The notes beneath the pieces are model-generated. The model saw only the letters and a list, made by a program, of their open reading frames with translations. It had not been told where the DNA came from and ran no database searches. The translations under genes and the position numbers were made by a program. DNA of 64,000 bases from Epiperipatus broadwayi (taxonomy: Eukaryota; Animalia; Onychophora), in assembly GCA_028023455.1 (NCBI GenBank), contig JAQFVV010000011.1, positions 1,674,001 through 1,738,000 on the forward strand. Reading direction: 5' to 3'. How positions within the stretch are numbered: the stretch's first letter is position 1; every line of letters starts with the position of its first letter. Below are positions 12,504 through 25,410 of this stretch, piece after piece.

Positions 12504-13944
12504 TACGGCTTATAATACACTGCTTTCCGCCTATAGTACCAATAGTGAGTTCTGCAATGTATAATCCTAATTTTTTTAAAAAAAACAACTTTTTTATATC
12601 GTACTAACATCTGAGAAAGTTTGACGTACATTAATGTGACATTTCTACTGAAAATAGCAATCATGTTTTCAGATGCATTATTCCACACGCACATACACAA
12701 TATATATATAAAGAGAGAAAATAAATATAATGACATCTTTCATTATTACATTCTTTTGCACAACTTATACCGAAGTTATTTCAATATCATCTTTCAAAAA
12801 CAATCTTACCATTCTGTCAGCCGAATTCTCTTTTGTTCAAAAAAAACCATTCTGGCATAATGTCCCCTTAATCCATGATAAAATTGATTAGACAGTTTTC
12901 TTTGTACTAATAATATTTACCATAAAAATAAAGAAATATTATTTTGAAAAAAATAAGCATTTAGAAACATTAGCATATTTTGCTTATCAAAATCTGGTTT
13001 GAGATTAGTTTCAAAAGGGCATTAGCTTACTGCTGATAATGAATTTGCTGATAATAAAAACCATTATTAGAATATAAAAATGCCAACATAATAATAAAGT
13101 ATGAACTACGGTGTCAAAGAAACATAAATAATATTTATTTAACAAAATATTTAATACATACTTTCAATAATCAAGAGAATATTTTATTTTTTATACATAC
13201 TTATAGAAGTTAAAACATTTCGTTTGAATATATTATAATTACTATTTATACAAATTAAAAATGTATGTGTGTATATATACGCACACATAGAAATATATGA
13301 ATTCTAGCTGGAAATATTGTTTTTATTCATGCTTATAATGTACGATATTCGGAGATTATATTTTTAACCAGGGAATTTTTATCTGAAACGTAGATAAAAG
13401 CAGCACTACATGAGGTTTCGCCTTTAAATTTTTGTTATGAAGATATATATATATATAATGTTTCTGTGATGTGCCATCTATACAAACACATAATAAACAG
13501 TGTGTAAGTATATCAAAAATATAGGAAGAACATTTAATTAAGATATGGAGTAACACCTCACTTTAATGCATATTTATAGTTACATATTTTAAAAACATAG
13601 ATCACACTTTTTTCTCTAAAGGAAGTATTGAGAATGGTAAAATAATAATCATCACGCGATTGCAATAATTTATTTCACAACCTTCTCAACCAGATTTCAA
13701 ACTCGAAATTTAACACACACATATATTACTCTTATACAATAAACATTCAAAATCATTTTATTGCAAGATATATAATTTTAAAGTATAAACATCACATGAC
13801 CACCACTTCTTATGCTTGTATATAACTGTTGTTAAAACAGGCAAAACTCACTATAAGTATTGCCACACACAGCAAGCTAGAGTAATCCATGGATACCAGA
13901 AGGCTTGTGCATAAAACCCCCATCTAGTGCCTACTCATCTAATA

Positions 13945-13986
13945 TTCCCAGACTAGTTTCTGGCTTGTGGCCTTCATCAGTGAGGA
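13945..13986 (-). ncRNA. Hammerhead ribozyme motif, family B
   Basis: TCCTCA-CTGATGA-A-GGC-CACAA-GCC-A-GAAA-C-TA-GTC^TGGGAA. Confidence 0.8.
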
Positions 13987-14064
13987 GCCTTGGATCTGAG
14001 AGCACTGCACTTACTCATCCAATATCCCTAGACTAGTTTCTGGCTTGTGGCCTTCATCCAAGGC

Positions 14065-14106
14065 TCCTCACTGACGAAGGCCACAAGCCAGAAACTAGTC
14101 TGGGGA
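14065..14106 (+). ncRNA. Hammerhead ribozyme motif, family B (best copy)
   Basis: TCCTCA-CTGACGA-A-GGC-CACAA-GCC-A-GAAA-C-TA-GTC^TGGGGA; 6-bp stem I, palindromic ACTAGT stem III, GUC triplet, cut after 14100. Confidence 0.85.
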
Positions 14107-14479
14107 TATTGGATGAGTAGGCCCTAGATGGGGATTTTATGCACAAGCCTTCTGGCAATCATTGATTACTGTAGCTTGCTGTGTATGGCAATACGTATAG
14201 TGAGTTTTGCCTGTTTTAATTTTAAAGTATAATATACCATTCACTGCTTTTGTCTTTTCCTCAAGCTTAAAATTTTAAATTTATTTCTAATTAAGTAATC
14301 AGATAATTTTTCATAAAATAGTTATGGAATCTTTTCGTTTATTTAACAATGGGGAGTTGGAGAAAAGCCTTGTATTTTCATAGTTTACTATTCAGAATTT
14401 ATTATATATATATATCTGCTAATATTTTGTTTGTTAGTGAATCCAGAATAGTCAGATCCAATGCTATGGATCATAATTA

Positions 14480-14597
14480 TAAAACCATCAAAACATTACA
14501 TGATCACCATCATATGCTTACACGGGCTGTTAATAACAGCTGCAAACTCTTCATACAATAGTGCAGCCAAGTGCAAGCTTTTATAATCAATGGATGT
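14480..14597 (-). repeat. Old family B fragment (tail plus terminal part); a second short fragment lies at 14839-14895
   Basis: AAAACCATCAAAACATTACATGATCACCATCATATGCTTACAC..CAAACTCTTCATACAATAGTGC..GTGCAAGC..AATCAATGGATG aligns to 46494-46610. Confidence 0.7.
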
Positions 14598-15850
14598 AGG
14601 AAATAACAATCACCCGAATTTCCACACCCATGTTGATAGTTCACTATATGACCATTATTCCCTTCTCAGTCAAATTAGGGAATAGTTTCTATCCACTATT
14701 AATACATTGTGGAAGGGTGAACAGTGAGGTAGATATTTATTTCCAAGGATTTAGTCATTTTTCATTAGTACATCCCTTATCTCATCTTCACCATGTTACA
14801 ACCATCCATCCACACAGAAAATCACTGAACCCTTTTTTAAACAGAGCAAAACTCTCCATACAGTATTGCCACCATGTGATGCTTAATGGTTTTGAACCCT
14901 TTTTTGTCATGCATGCACTTTACATACAACCCTTGCTCATCAGATGAAACATATTGGTATGTGTCTGACTTGCACTTTTACAGTATCTTAGACACATTTT
15001 TTTAAATAGAAATAACTGAATGAAAAGATGATCAACAATTGGCAATTTAAACAAATTCACTTATCTATTGTATTCTCCAAAGAATCCATATCACAGAGTT
15101 AAGACTTCAACTATAGTTGAAGTCTTTATATTAACATTCTAAGGAAGGCATTAAGGAATGGGGTAAAGAATTTAGAGCAAGTGTTAAAATGGATAAATAT
15201 TAATGTGAATGTGATATTATTTATATGTACTAAAATTTAAATTCAACATTTTGTTTTGACCGACTCTTTGGAAACCCTGAGCAACTGCTCAGCATAGGAA
15301 GAGTTTGCTGATGAACAAAAGTTCTTGTTTCAAGTTTTTTTTTTTTAATCAACAAATAAATAAAATACTAATTTGCACTGCAAATTTTTATTATCTTGAA
15401 ACACTATTTTAAAAATAATCTTCCTACCCCCCTCCCAATTCCAACATTCTGGGTAGATATTAAGTCTTAAACTGCTCAAAAAAAACAAAACAACTTAAGA
15501 CAGTTTAGGATGGTGAATAAACATATAAAAATACATCTGAAATTATTCCTTGAGATGCTTTGCTGTATTGGTACAATGGACAACTCTGGAGTTAAAAGTC
15601 TGTGGATTGTGGCTCGGCTCTGTCATGTTTAGTGCTCAAATTTCTTTTAAATTCCTGAAAAATAAACAATCAATGATTTTAATAACAGTGTTCTTTGTCA
15701 TTGTATTATAAAGGTACACAATTTTACACATTTTGGGAGATCCAGTAAGTTCCTTAAAATTTTTGCTATCAAGTTGTAGTATAATGTTTCAACTAAATGT
15801 TGCTATTGTGTAAATTTAGTGAACAAATGCAAATTTATCTTTAAAATGAT

Positions 15851-16129
15851 TAATCACATGATCACTATTTCTTATGATAGCACATAACTGTTATTAAAAC
15901 AGGAAAAACTCTCCATACAGTAGTGCCACTCAGTGCCAACTTGGATCTGAGAACAGTGCTCTCAGATCCAAGGCTACTCATTGAAGAAAGCCACAAGCTA
16001 GAAACAGGTCTGGAGATATTGGATGAGTAGGCATTAGATAGGTATTTTATGCACAAGCCTTCTGACATCCATTGATTAGTCTGGCTTGCACTGAATGGCT
16101 CTACTGTATGGAGAGTTTTGCCTGTTTTA
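15851..16129. mobile_element. HHR family B fold-back element (copy B2), degenerate ribozyme
   Basis: Tail, short minus arm 15896-15938, hairpin TTGGATCTGAGA..TCTCAGATCCAA, plus copy to 16129 with TTGAAGAAAGCCACAAGCTAGAAACAGGTC. Confidence 0.88.
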
Positions 16130-18439
16130 AAAAGAATTAAGAATATAAAATTATTAAGTACTCAAGAGCAACCAAAATATAGGCATAATCAATAACAAAG
16201 TAGAAAAAATAATTATTCACTGAAATCAAAGTGAAATTGCCATATCAAAAGTATTAATAAATAATTGAATGGTTTGTTTGGGAATTCATAAAAAATTCCA
16301 ATACCAGAAAGGCAATTAAGTGATAAACAATGATAACGCCCTCAAATAAACTGTTACAATAGTAAATTATTTCATTGGTTATGGCAATGATAGAATAGAG
16401 TATTTCAAAGCACTCAGCTCTATAACTTTATGCTCTAATGACATATGATCTCACAAATGACAAAGTATACTTCAATGATTAAATTTCATTATTTATCCTA
16501 AAGCTATATTTATCAATTTGCTTCAGGATAAAAATCTAAAAATTAAATAATCAAAAAAAATTAATTTAATTCATCCACTAATATGTAGTGGTCATTACAA
16601 TTGTACAACTCCACATCAATCACTACCAAGACAACTTTTAAGTAAATATATCCATTCTAACAGCAGAAGAAACAAAAAGAACAGCAAAGAATACACAAAA
16701 CATAAAAAAGGCAAATTGAAATCACAATAGCTGTGCATATAATTAAAAAATGGAAATGAAGTTACCCAAATACACAACTCCATTGGTAGATGATTAATGG
16801 TTTTGATGGATTGGTAACAACAAAAACCTATCTTAACTGATTGAAGATAGAAAGAAAAAAAGAAAATGAGGGGGAAATGAGATAAAAAAAACAACAACAA
16901 AGAGGTATATATATATATAATTCTCGTTTAAAATTATAAGTTTTATAGTAGAAGTTAAAAAACAAAGATAGAAATAATGGTTGTAATATGATGCCTCTTT
17001 TTAATCATTGTAACATAATATAAAACAAGTTAAGAAAATGGTTTCTTTAACCCTCTTCAGATAAAAAAAAAAAAAAAGGAATAGAATTTATTTAATATAC
17101 ATATATAGTTGTAGTTTTTCAGTTCTTGCCTACATCATATAAAATAAAATCAAAAAGGAAAGAAACTTAAAAATAAATAAATAAAACATACTTGAATGAC
17201 ATTAACATCATTTTTTATCGACAGGATTTATTTATAGAGTGTAAAAAATCCTGATATATATAATATTAAACATTTATATTATTCTCTGTGAGAAAATAAC
17301 TCCTATTGGTCACTAATTCAATCTTCATGCAATTTTTCTGGAACCAATCAAATGTGAGGAATGAGGATTCTTGTACCAAAATCCATAGACTTGTAATAGC
17401 TATTGAACATTATTAATTTCATATCTATGCTCAAATTTCAATTGATTTTCTTTCATAGCTATCACTTCCTTCAGAACAATTTATTAGCCCAGTTTATATT
17501 AGATAATCAAGACCAATGTTATATATTTATTCTCTGATATGTCAAATATGACACACAATTGCTTATATTATCATCCAGTAATAGCTGCATCACTAAAAAG
17601 AATTTAAATTAAGATTTTTAATCTATGATTATTTTTTAATTGTTTCATGATATTTTAACCAAGATACATAAAATATCTAGGCTAATACTATGACCAAGTA
17701 ATATTAGTTAAGCATTGTCAGTGAATGGTAACATGCTACTGATTCATTATATTAATTATGCCATTTAAATGTATAGTCACATCATATAATGAACATTTAA
17801 TTCTGTACAGATAGAAAAATAATTATTCAATTATCTTAAAAATTGTTTAGTTATGTGTGAAAGTAAATGTACAGGGTTAAATTTTCTCATCTTACCACTT
17901 ATATAACTCATATGTCATAAAGTGTATTGCAAATATGAGTTGTCTCTCACATACTCTTTTCATTCTTTAGCATGTAGTATTTCCATTTGAATTTCATCAA
18001 TTTACCATGATTTTCTAATTAAAATGTGCAAAATTTACTTAATGTAAATTCTTCAAGATCTGGACAAAACCAGGAAGTAGATCTCTTGCTGAATGAGGAA
18101 GACGCTACAATCATTGACTACACCAAAACCAATGTCTAGTGAAAATTGAAAGCTAGTTTAAGACTATATATGCTTGATATCATTAATATATAATACATAA
18201 AAGAATCATGAAATAACTGCCTAGTTAAATTCACCATTAATAGTTAGAAAGTGTATGTAAACAGATAGATGATCATAATTTTTTTTAAAAAAAGGCAGAT
18301 CCCTGAGTAAAAGAGACTACAGTAGGGTACTTTTTTGATGGTTATCAATGGAAGAAAGTGGTATTAAAATTTGTTTTGTGGAAAGATTCATCTGAAATTC
18401 AGAGAAATAAAAATTTACATTTGTGATAATCCAATACTA

Positions 18440-20165
18440 TCATTATGTTAACATCCTTAAAGAGGAGTTATTAAAGATAAAACTTAGTCCCAGCAGCTTC
18501 TTCCAGACTTAAATCCAGCTTGCTTTATAAGTAGATCAATCTCAACTATTGTCAAATTTTTTGTGCGATTCTTTCAAAAAGCTTGTAGGAAACACAAAAT
18601 TATGATATTGGGATATAGTTTTTTGGGTTTATTTCATTTTAAGACTGCTAAAGTTTTGCTTTTATGCTGAAATTTTGGGATAGCTTCTGTATAAATAGTG
18701 TTACTGATATAGTTTACTAACCATGATTTGATTTTAGGTCTTGAATTTTTTAGAAACTGGAAGATGGAACCATTTACTTCTGGGACCTTTCCTGGTTTTA
18801 AGCAATCAATATCAAGTTAAGTTCATGAATGTCTACAGATTTTATAAGACTGATACTACTGGAACATTATGAAAGAGAAGTTTGAAATTCTACTCCAATA
18901 ATGCTTTTTTTTTTTTCATTCTTTCAATCTCAGGTTTAGAAACAGATATAAGATCGAAAATCTCATTACCAACAATAGTCATAATTCTTTTAGGGATGGC
19001 TTTCAAAATAAATTAAAAACTGATGTGACCTTTATTAATCTAAATTCAGCTTATGGTCCTATTTGGCAAAATGGTCTTCTAAATCTTTCTAAAGTTTTTA
19101 AGTAGAAGAAAACCATTAATCTACTTGACAAAATTTTCTCCAGTAGCAAAACTCAAATGATACTAAATGATAATAGTAATACAAAATTGTATAGGATAGT
19201 CTTTCACGGGAATTAGTTCTTCCAACTACTTTATATTTATCAATGAGCTTCCTAAAACAGAATGTAGGAAAGACATTTTTGTTGATAATATTGTTTTGTC
19301 ATTTCAAAAGAGACCCTTTCCCGAAATAGAAAATTCTCTGAATATGAAACGATTGGAAATATATTTCAAAGACTGGGATCATATTCCTCATCTAATGATG
19401 ATCCTTATTTTGTTATCTGAACAACAGGAAATTATCTCATCATCTGAATATAACCTTTTGCAATAACGAATTGAAACACTATCATATTCCATGCTATTTA
19501 GGAGTAGCCTTGAATCATAACCTAACTTACTTTTTTCATTTAAGTAAGGTCAGATCAAAGTTAATTTTTAGAATTAACTTTTTGAAAAAACAGATGGCAT
19601 TATTTGTTATTATGATGCAAATAATTTACAGCCAGCTTTCTTAGCGATATCATATTCTGCTGATGAATACTGTGTGTGCCTCTGGTGAAAAGTTCATACA
19701 CTAAACTTATGGATACTCAATTAAACATCACCACGAGTAAATAATACTACTACACTCAAATCTACTCCATTGCAATAGCTTTATGTTTTTTTCAGAAATA
19801 ATGTATAAGAAGTTGCTAAGCAGACTTGTTTTGCCAATAATTCAAATATAGTTTTAATTGTCTAAGACTTGTTCCAAATCAAGACCATTTTTAGAGGTTC
19901 AACTAAAAAACTATAGAATGTTTATGCAGTTCCAAACAAATTTCTTTTTTCTGGAACCAACAATAAAGCCACCTGGGTTTGATCATCCTAAATGCAACTA
20001 GGGATCTCATGAACAAGCTCAGGATAATCTATGGTTGTTGTGCTCATGTACTTCATACATTCCATTCATCAGCCATTGAACTATATAACAGTGGGAAAAT
20101 ACAAACTATGAACCACATAGTTTGTGAATGACACCATCAATGGCTGAAGTGGTTAAAATTGAAAG
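18440..20165. mobile_element. Decayed RTE-X-like LINE reverse transcriptase, 5' part inverted
   Basis: Minus 18985-18440: LKPGKVPEVNG..SKTLAVLK..PIS*FCVSYKLFERI..QAGFKSGRSCWD. Plus 18990-20165: DGFQNKLKTDVTFINLNSAYGPIW..FIFINELPKT..IFVDNI..LAISYSADEYC..PPGFDHPK..NKLR..G..QTMNHIVC. Clade assignment from remembered motif patterns. Confidence 0.8.
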
Positions 20166-20193
20166 ATTCGATAAACTCTGGTAAATCTATTTC

Positions 20194-20447
20194 ATAAAGC
20201 ATCACATGATCACTATCTCTTATACTAGCACATAATTGTTTATAAACAAGGCAAAACTCCCTATACAGCACTGCCACCCTGTGCCAAACAGAGTAATCAA
20301 TGGATGCCAGAAGGCTTGTGCATAAAATCCCTATCTAATGCCTACTCATCCAATATCCCCAGACTAGTTTCTGGCTTATGGCCTTCGTCATTGATTACTC
20401 TGGTTGGCACAGAGTGGCAGTACTGTATAGGGAGTTTTACCTTGTTT
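20194..20447. mobile_element. HHR family B fold-back element (copy B3) with 13-bp TSD
   Basis: Tail, then a minus copy ending at TGACGAAGG (core truncated), then a short inverted arm 20389-20447; GTAAATCTATTTC at 20181-20193 and 20448-20460. Confidence 0.92.
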
Positions 20448-21359
20448 GTAAATCTATTTCCTGATTGGAAGTCTCTGCAGGTTCCTGTATAATTTTCTGA
20501 TAATAGTTAAACTTAAAACAAAATCCATACACTACCTTATCATTATAATAATAACGTTAGCAACATTAAAAGAACAAAAAAATTTTTTTTGAAAATTTTA
20601 ATGCACAATTGATAGAAATAGTATACTTTGGTTGGTTCAAAATTATTGGAAATAGGAATATTGATGCTTTAAATTCAAATTCTTAGGTGTTAACGAAGTT
20701 TAGCATAATACATACATGAATCCACCATTTGATGCACCCATACTTAAAAATAATGATAACTAACAGATAAAATTACAGATAAATCAGAATACAAAAAAGA
20801 ACACAGTACAAAAGCATTTAAAGGTGTATATAGTTCAACCGATCATATATTTCAAGATTAAAAGGATAATTATGTTCATGTCATAAACATGAAAGATATT
20901 TTACAAACTGTGGAACAATCTGACGGATTAGTCAAAAGCATGCTTAGGGAATAATATAGTAAATACGACTATACCTTTTCTTGTTTTATGTTTACAAAAT
21001 TGTATTTAAATATATACCCTATTCCAATCATATGAAATGATAATTTGATGCTCATTCTTTAAAAGCATCTCATATTCATATAGCGTTTTAACAATTACTA
21101 AACACTAAATGTAACAATTTAGACTTTCAAAATTGTTATATTCCTAAAGAATGAACAACTCTTAAAGAAAGTTTGATAAGTAAGTCTATTTTGAACTGAT
21201 TAAAGAACAAAAATCTTGCCTGGCTTATAACAATGATTCTGTTGATAGTGAGTTGAATAAAAAGAAACAAGTGGTATTCTCTGCTTGAATGAGAGCTCTC
21301 AATGATACATCCATCCTAACTACCCATTTAGACTTAGAAAGATATATCTTGATTAATGA

Positions 21360-21720
21360 AGTTTAACAGTTCTTAATTTTAAACATAGAAAGAGTGCAAA
21401 TCTGGATGAAATATCTGGGAGTAGTTCTAAAATACGACAGTGAAAGCTTGCTTCCATAACTACCGGAATGTGTGGACTCAAAGATATATTATCTGATATT
21501 AAGGATGCTTCTACTGTTACAATTTATAAAAACAAAAGGTGAAAAAGGAACTGTTATGGAATATCGTTACTATCCATTACAGTAAAGATACTTTAAAAAA
21601 AATTTGTTGAATGGATTGTTTCCAAAGATAGATAAACAGTTACAAGAGACTCAATACAATTTGATAGAATCAAAAATCATAATCATGGTCTTTGTTGCCA
21701 GAAAAAATACAAAAACTATT
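21360..21720 (+). pseudogene. RTE (BovB-like) reverse transcriptase N-terminal fragment
   Basis: KHRKSANLDEISG..DIKDASTVTIYKNK..NCYGISLLSITVKIL..LLNGL..LQETQ..MVFVARK, matching the RTE pattern DA.IV.LYK.KG....NYRGISLLS..GKIL. Confidence 0.7.
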
Positions 21721-23010
21721 TGAAGTGAAGGTGTGATAGATAAATTCAAGGTAATATTCTTAATTGTGATATATAAATCTTTAAGTGAATCTTTGTTGAG
21801 ATATGGAATAACGTTTTATGGTTTTGCAAGCTTTTCTAATATTATATAGATTAGCATTGCCAGAAAACATGGAAGAAAAATATATCAATAAATAAAAAAG
21901 TATATACCAAAATAATATTTTATTATTCAATCAAGTTCTGGATTAGATAATTATAGAGAAAAAAAATGGCAGCTAGTACTTTCAAGAAACCTTACATAAA
22001 ACAATTTGAAATGTGTCTAAGGAAAACAGATATATTCATAGTTTAAAAATATTGTAATAAATATGGAACTAGAGTAAAAAAATCATTAAATTATTTAATA
22101 ATTTACTTATTGAACTAAGCAACATTACAGGAAAAAAAAAAATATTAAAAAGGGAGGAAAAGGGGGGGGGGGAATCATTATACAGAAAAAAAATACGAGT
22201 ATCTAATGTCATATAATCAATATTTTTATTATATAATTACTATATTATAGAAATGAAATTGTTATTGTTATTATTAGCATATTTTATATAATGTTTACAA
22301 TTTCATCTAAATATCTAAAATGTTATAAAAATTTTCTCCTACATAAAAATGCAACGAGAGCTTAGTAGGAGAAAAATGGTTTTTGTATTTGTGTAAATAT
22401 ATTTTGATCTGTGTTTAAGTGAATGAATGCAATGAATGTTTTTATTTTAGTAAAGAGTATTATTATTAAAAAATAATAGCACGAATCTGTTACTAATACT
22501 TAAAAATACTTGGTAGTTTGCTAAAACTTCATATATATATCTGCTACATGAAGCATAATAAGAAACATTATTACTACAGATGAAAAATGAGAGATATTTA
22601 AAATAAAAACAAAAGATATATTCTAACTTCAGGAATGTTTTCATCATGTATGACGGTGATTTTTGGAACAGGTTTACACAACTTCATAGATCAAAAATCA
22701 AGAGGTGATTACCCACTTGATAGTGAAATTTTTGTTTGAATATTAAAAGATAAATCACAAGTCTTTATTGTCTATGTTTCTAGATTTACGTTATGCTTAT
22801 AACAATTTAAGGATTACTTACAGAATGCTACAACGTTTTGAAATGCAATTGTTATGTTCTTAAGCATACTAGTGCCAGAATATTCCAGTCATTCAATGAC
22901 ATACACCTCAATAATTAAATGTTAAGATATTTATTATATATATATTTATAATAATAAAAGATAATATTTAAATACAAGTATATTATATATACTTTTATGC
23001 TAGATGTAAT

Positions 23011-23161
23011 TATAAGGGTTTAAATCCAGGCTTTCAAGCCTCCTTTTGTCATCAGCTCCCATCTTATACAACCGGTATATGTATAGAGTCATGTGTATCG
23101 ATTGTATAAGATGGAGTGGATGACAAAAGGGAGCTTGGAAGTGTGGATTTAAACCCCTATA
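23011..23161. mobile_element. Miniature fold-back derived from the 3' end of HHR family A
   Basis: ~70-bp imperfect arms (23011-23080 / 23092-23161); the right arm aligns to CATGTGTATC..GTATGAGAT..GTGGATG..GCTTGAAAGT..AAATCCCCTATA of family A-II. Confidence 0.7.
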
Positions 23162-25107
23162 GTAACAAGATATATTTCACATATAAGATATATACAGCAG
23201 TTTCAGTACAAAGATTTGCCACTGTTATGGTTGGCAAATTGCTAATGTTTAATTGTTATCAGTACATGTGGAGACTCCCTTTTTGAATCCTAGCCCTCAG
23301 GTGGTTTGCCTCATACATAGGGATAGTGATATCAGTAGCTAGAAGTTTCCTGCCCCAAGTTTGAGCATGTTTCATTTATTTCTACCAAATAATGGACACC
23401 AACTTACTGTCCTTTGAAGTCAAGCAGTTATTTGAAACAAACTTCCTATATAATTGGATCCCTTTCCTTACAGGAAACAATGTGATTCACTGACCTAGTT
23501 CTCCAATTGCCCTGTTTAGGCCATTCTCTGTTTATTTATTTTCACTGTCATTTCATTGGCCAGTTATTCTGAATGTTCGGTGGAACCATTATTTGTGGGT
23601 AAGTTCAAGGTGAGTTTCATAGCAGTACTGGCAAAAACTTTAGTTATAATTATTTAAAAAATTAAGTCCTATATGATGAAATAATTTCTTTTTTATCATC
23701 GTAAAAATGTGAATTGATTTAAATTTCTTGGCAGCTCTTTAAAGTAAAAAGGCAGATGCAACTATTGGATGTGACGCAGGCTCCGATGTGCTGCTACATT
23801 TAATAAATTAAAAGTATATAAATAAAGTATCACATGATTTATATACTGCTATTTTAAAATAGGAATTTATTAAGCATTGTCATCTGGAAACTAACATTAC
23901 TTTCTAAAGTTTACAGTAAGTGGCAAAAAAAAAAAAAGACGTGGAAAAGTTTGCTATTAGAAGCATTTCATAAGTGATATAAATAGTAGCGCACAGAGCA
24001 GTTATTTTGTTTAATTTATTGTATAAAAGTTAGATTGGATTCCCTAGAAACAGTAAAAAATTTCATTTTCAAAATGTGATGGGAGAATCATAAGAACAAT
24101 TGGTGTGTTCTTTGGTTTGCTGGATAAGATGCTACAGGGTCTACCATTATTAGACCCCATTTTCATTGGATTGGGCATATGATGTGAATAAATGTATTTA
24201 ACGGTGAACTTTGAGTATGGCTTTTATAAGAGAAGTAGACTTCTTTTCTATACTGTGAAGAAAACAGTACTCAAGTTAAATAACAAACAACTTATTAGAA
24301 AGTTGAGATTTTGATCACCGAATCAAAATTCTTTGATGTCCTAATCAAATTAAACATGTATTCTCTATCTATATTGAACTTCTTCGCATTCAAAAGACAT
24401 TGCTGAGATTTTGAACATAAAATGCCATAGAGATATAAAAAAAATCATATTCTTTGAATGTGATTGTTTTGATAGCATTCATGCAGAAATTCATAGGCTA
24501 TTTAACAATTCAAATAGTAATATGGAATTTATTGTTTAACTCATATTCATTTGTTCTGATATCATAGCAAAAACCTTTGTATTAGATGCAATATGGTGTA
24601 CGAGATGCCCTTTTATGTAAAATCATAACCAAAGAAGATCTAAAAATATATTTTCCTACAAATTAAACACCTTTAGAGAAAGAGATAAAAAGATTATCCC
24701 TAATAAAATACAGCCATTTGGTCTGTAATAAACAGAATCTAAATCACTAACATTATAGTATCTCCAAAATAACATAAGAATAATTTTATGCTATCATCTC
24801 TATATTATTTGTCTACCAAGAAAACAAATTGTGATCTTTTGAATAGTCAATAAAATACTTTTGAAAATAAAAATTACTTCAAAAATTTTTTAAAGCAGTA
24901 CAATATCAAATATCTTCAGTGGGAAAATAATGGCTGAAAAAAAAGACAATAGCCACTTACTGTCATCACAGAAGTTAAAAGACAGCAAGAGAAGATATCC
25001 TACTTGTGATATACATTGAGGCATTTGTGGTTCGTGGATTGGTTGGTACAGTTATCACAAAACTCAACTTTAGTATATATTATGTGCATATTGTCTTTCT
25101 ATTTGCC

Positions 25108-25260
25108 TGAAGATTTGTGATGACGGTATATTAGATGTGATGTGTTGGACCATTTCCATCATCTATCATTAAATGTTGAATGTATAGAAAATTTCAAACT
25201 TTTCAAATACAAACAATATGTTAGTAATAATACACAAACAGACAATGCAGGTTAATAATT
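25108..25260 (+). repeat. Unclassified dispersed repeat (second copy at 63844-63995)
   Basis: CTGAAG.TTTGTG.TGA.GGTATATT..AGATGTGAT.TGTT.GGA..ATTTCCATCA is shared with 63844 onward; a shorter match lies near 34745. Confidence 0.65.
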
Positions 25261-25327
25261 ACACAACATTTTGAGTAGTATTATTCTCCCCTCTTCTTCA
25301 GGTGTTGCTAGCCTGACCAATGACAAT

Positions 25328-25410
25328 ATTAGCATAGGAGTCGAACTTACATTTTTAGATTCTTGAATATCGAATTCTAAGGCAACGCTCTAACCAACTG
25401 AGCTATACAC
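25328..25410 (-). pseudogene. tRNA-like relic (pseudogene or SINE head)
   Basis: Minus: TAGCTCAGTTGGTTAGAGCG (A box / D arm) ... AGTTCGACTCC (B box); anticodon region replaced by an extended hairpin; no acceptor stem. Confidence 0.55.

Larger units (their letters stand above)
13789..14216. mobile_element. HHR family B fold-back element (copy B1) with 16-bp TSD
   Basis: ~45-bp tail, then minus copy 13833-14010, partial minus copy 14011-14058, plus copy 14055-14216; TAATTTTAAAGTATAA at 13773-13788 and 14217-14232. Confidence 0.92.

Noticed and set aside
14920-15334. Isolated CTGATGA motifs (14943 minus, 15308 plus; also 32374, 33428 and 57925 minus)
   Set aside because: No GAAA after a stem II and no stem I/III complementarity.
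23520-23598. Candidate exon AILCLFIFTVISLASYSECSVEPLFV between TTTAG and GTAAGT
   Set aside because: Splice signals are plausible but there is no connecting exon or recognisable homology.
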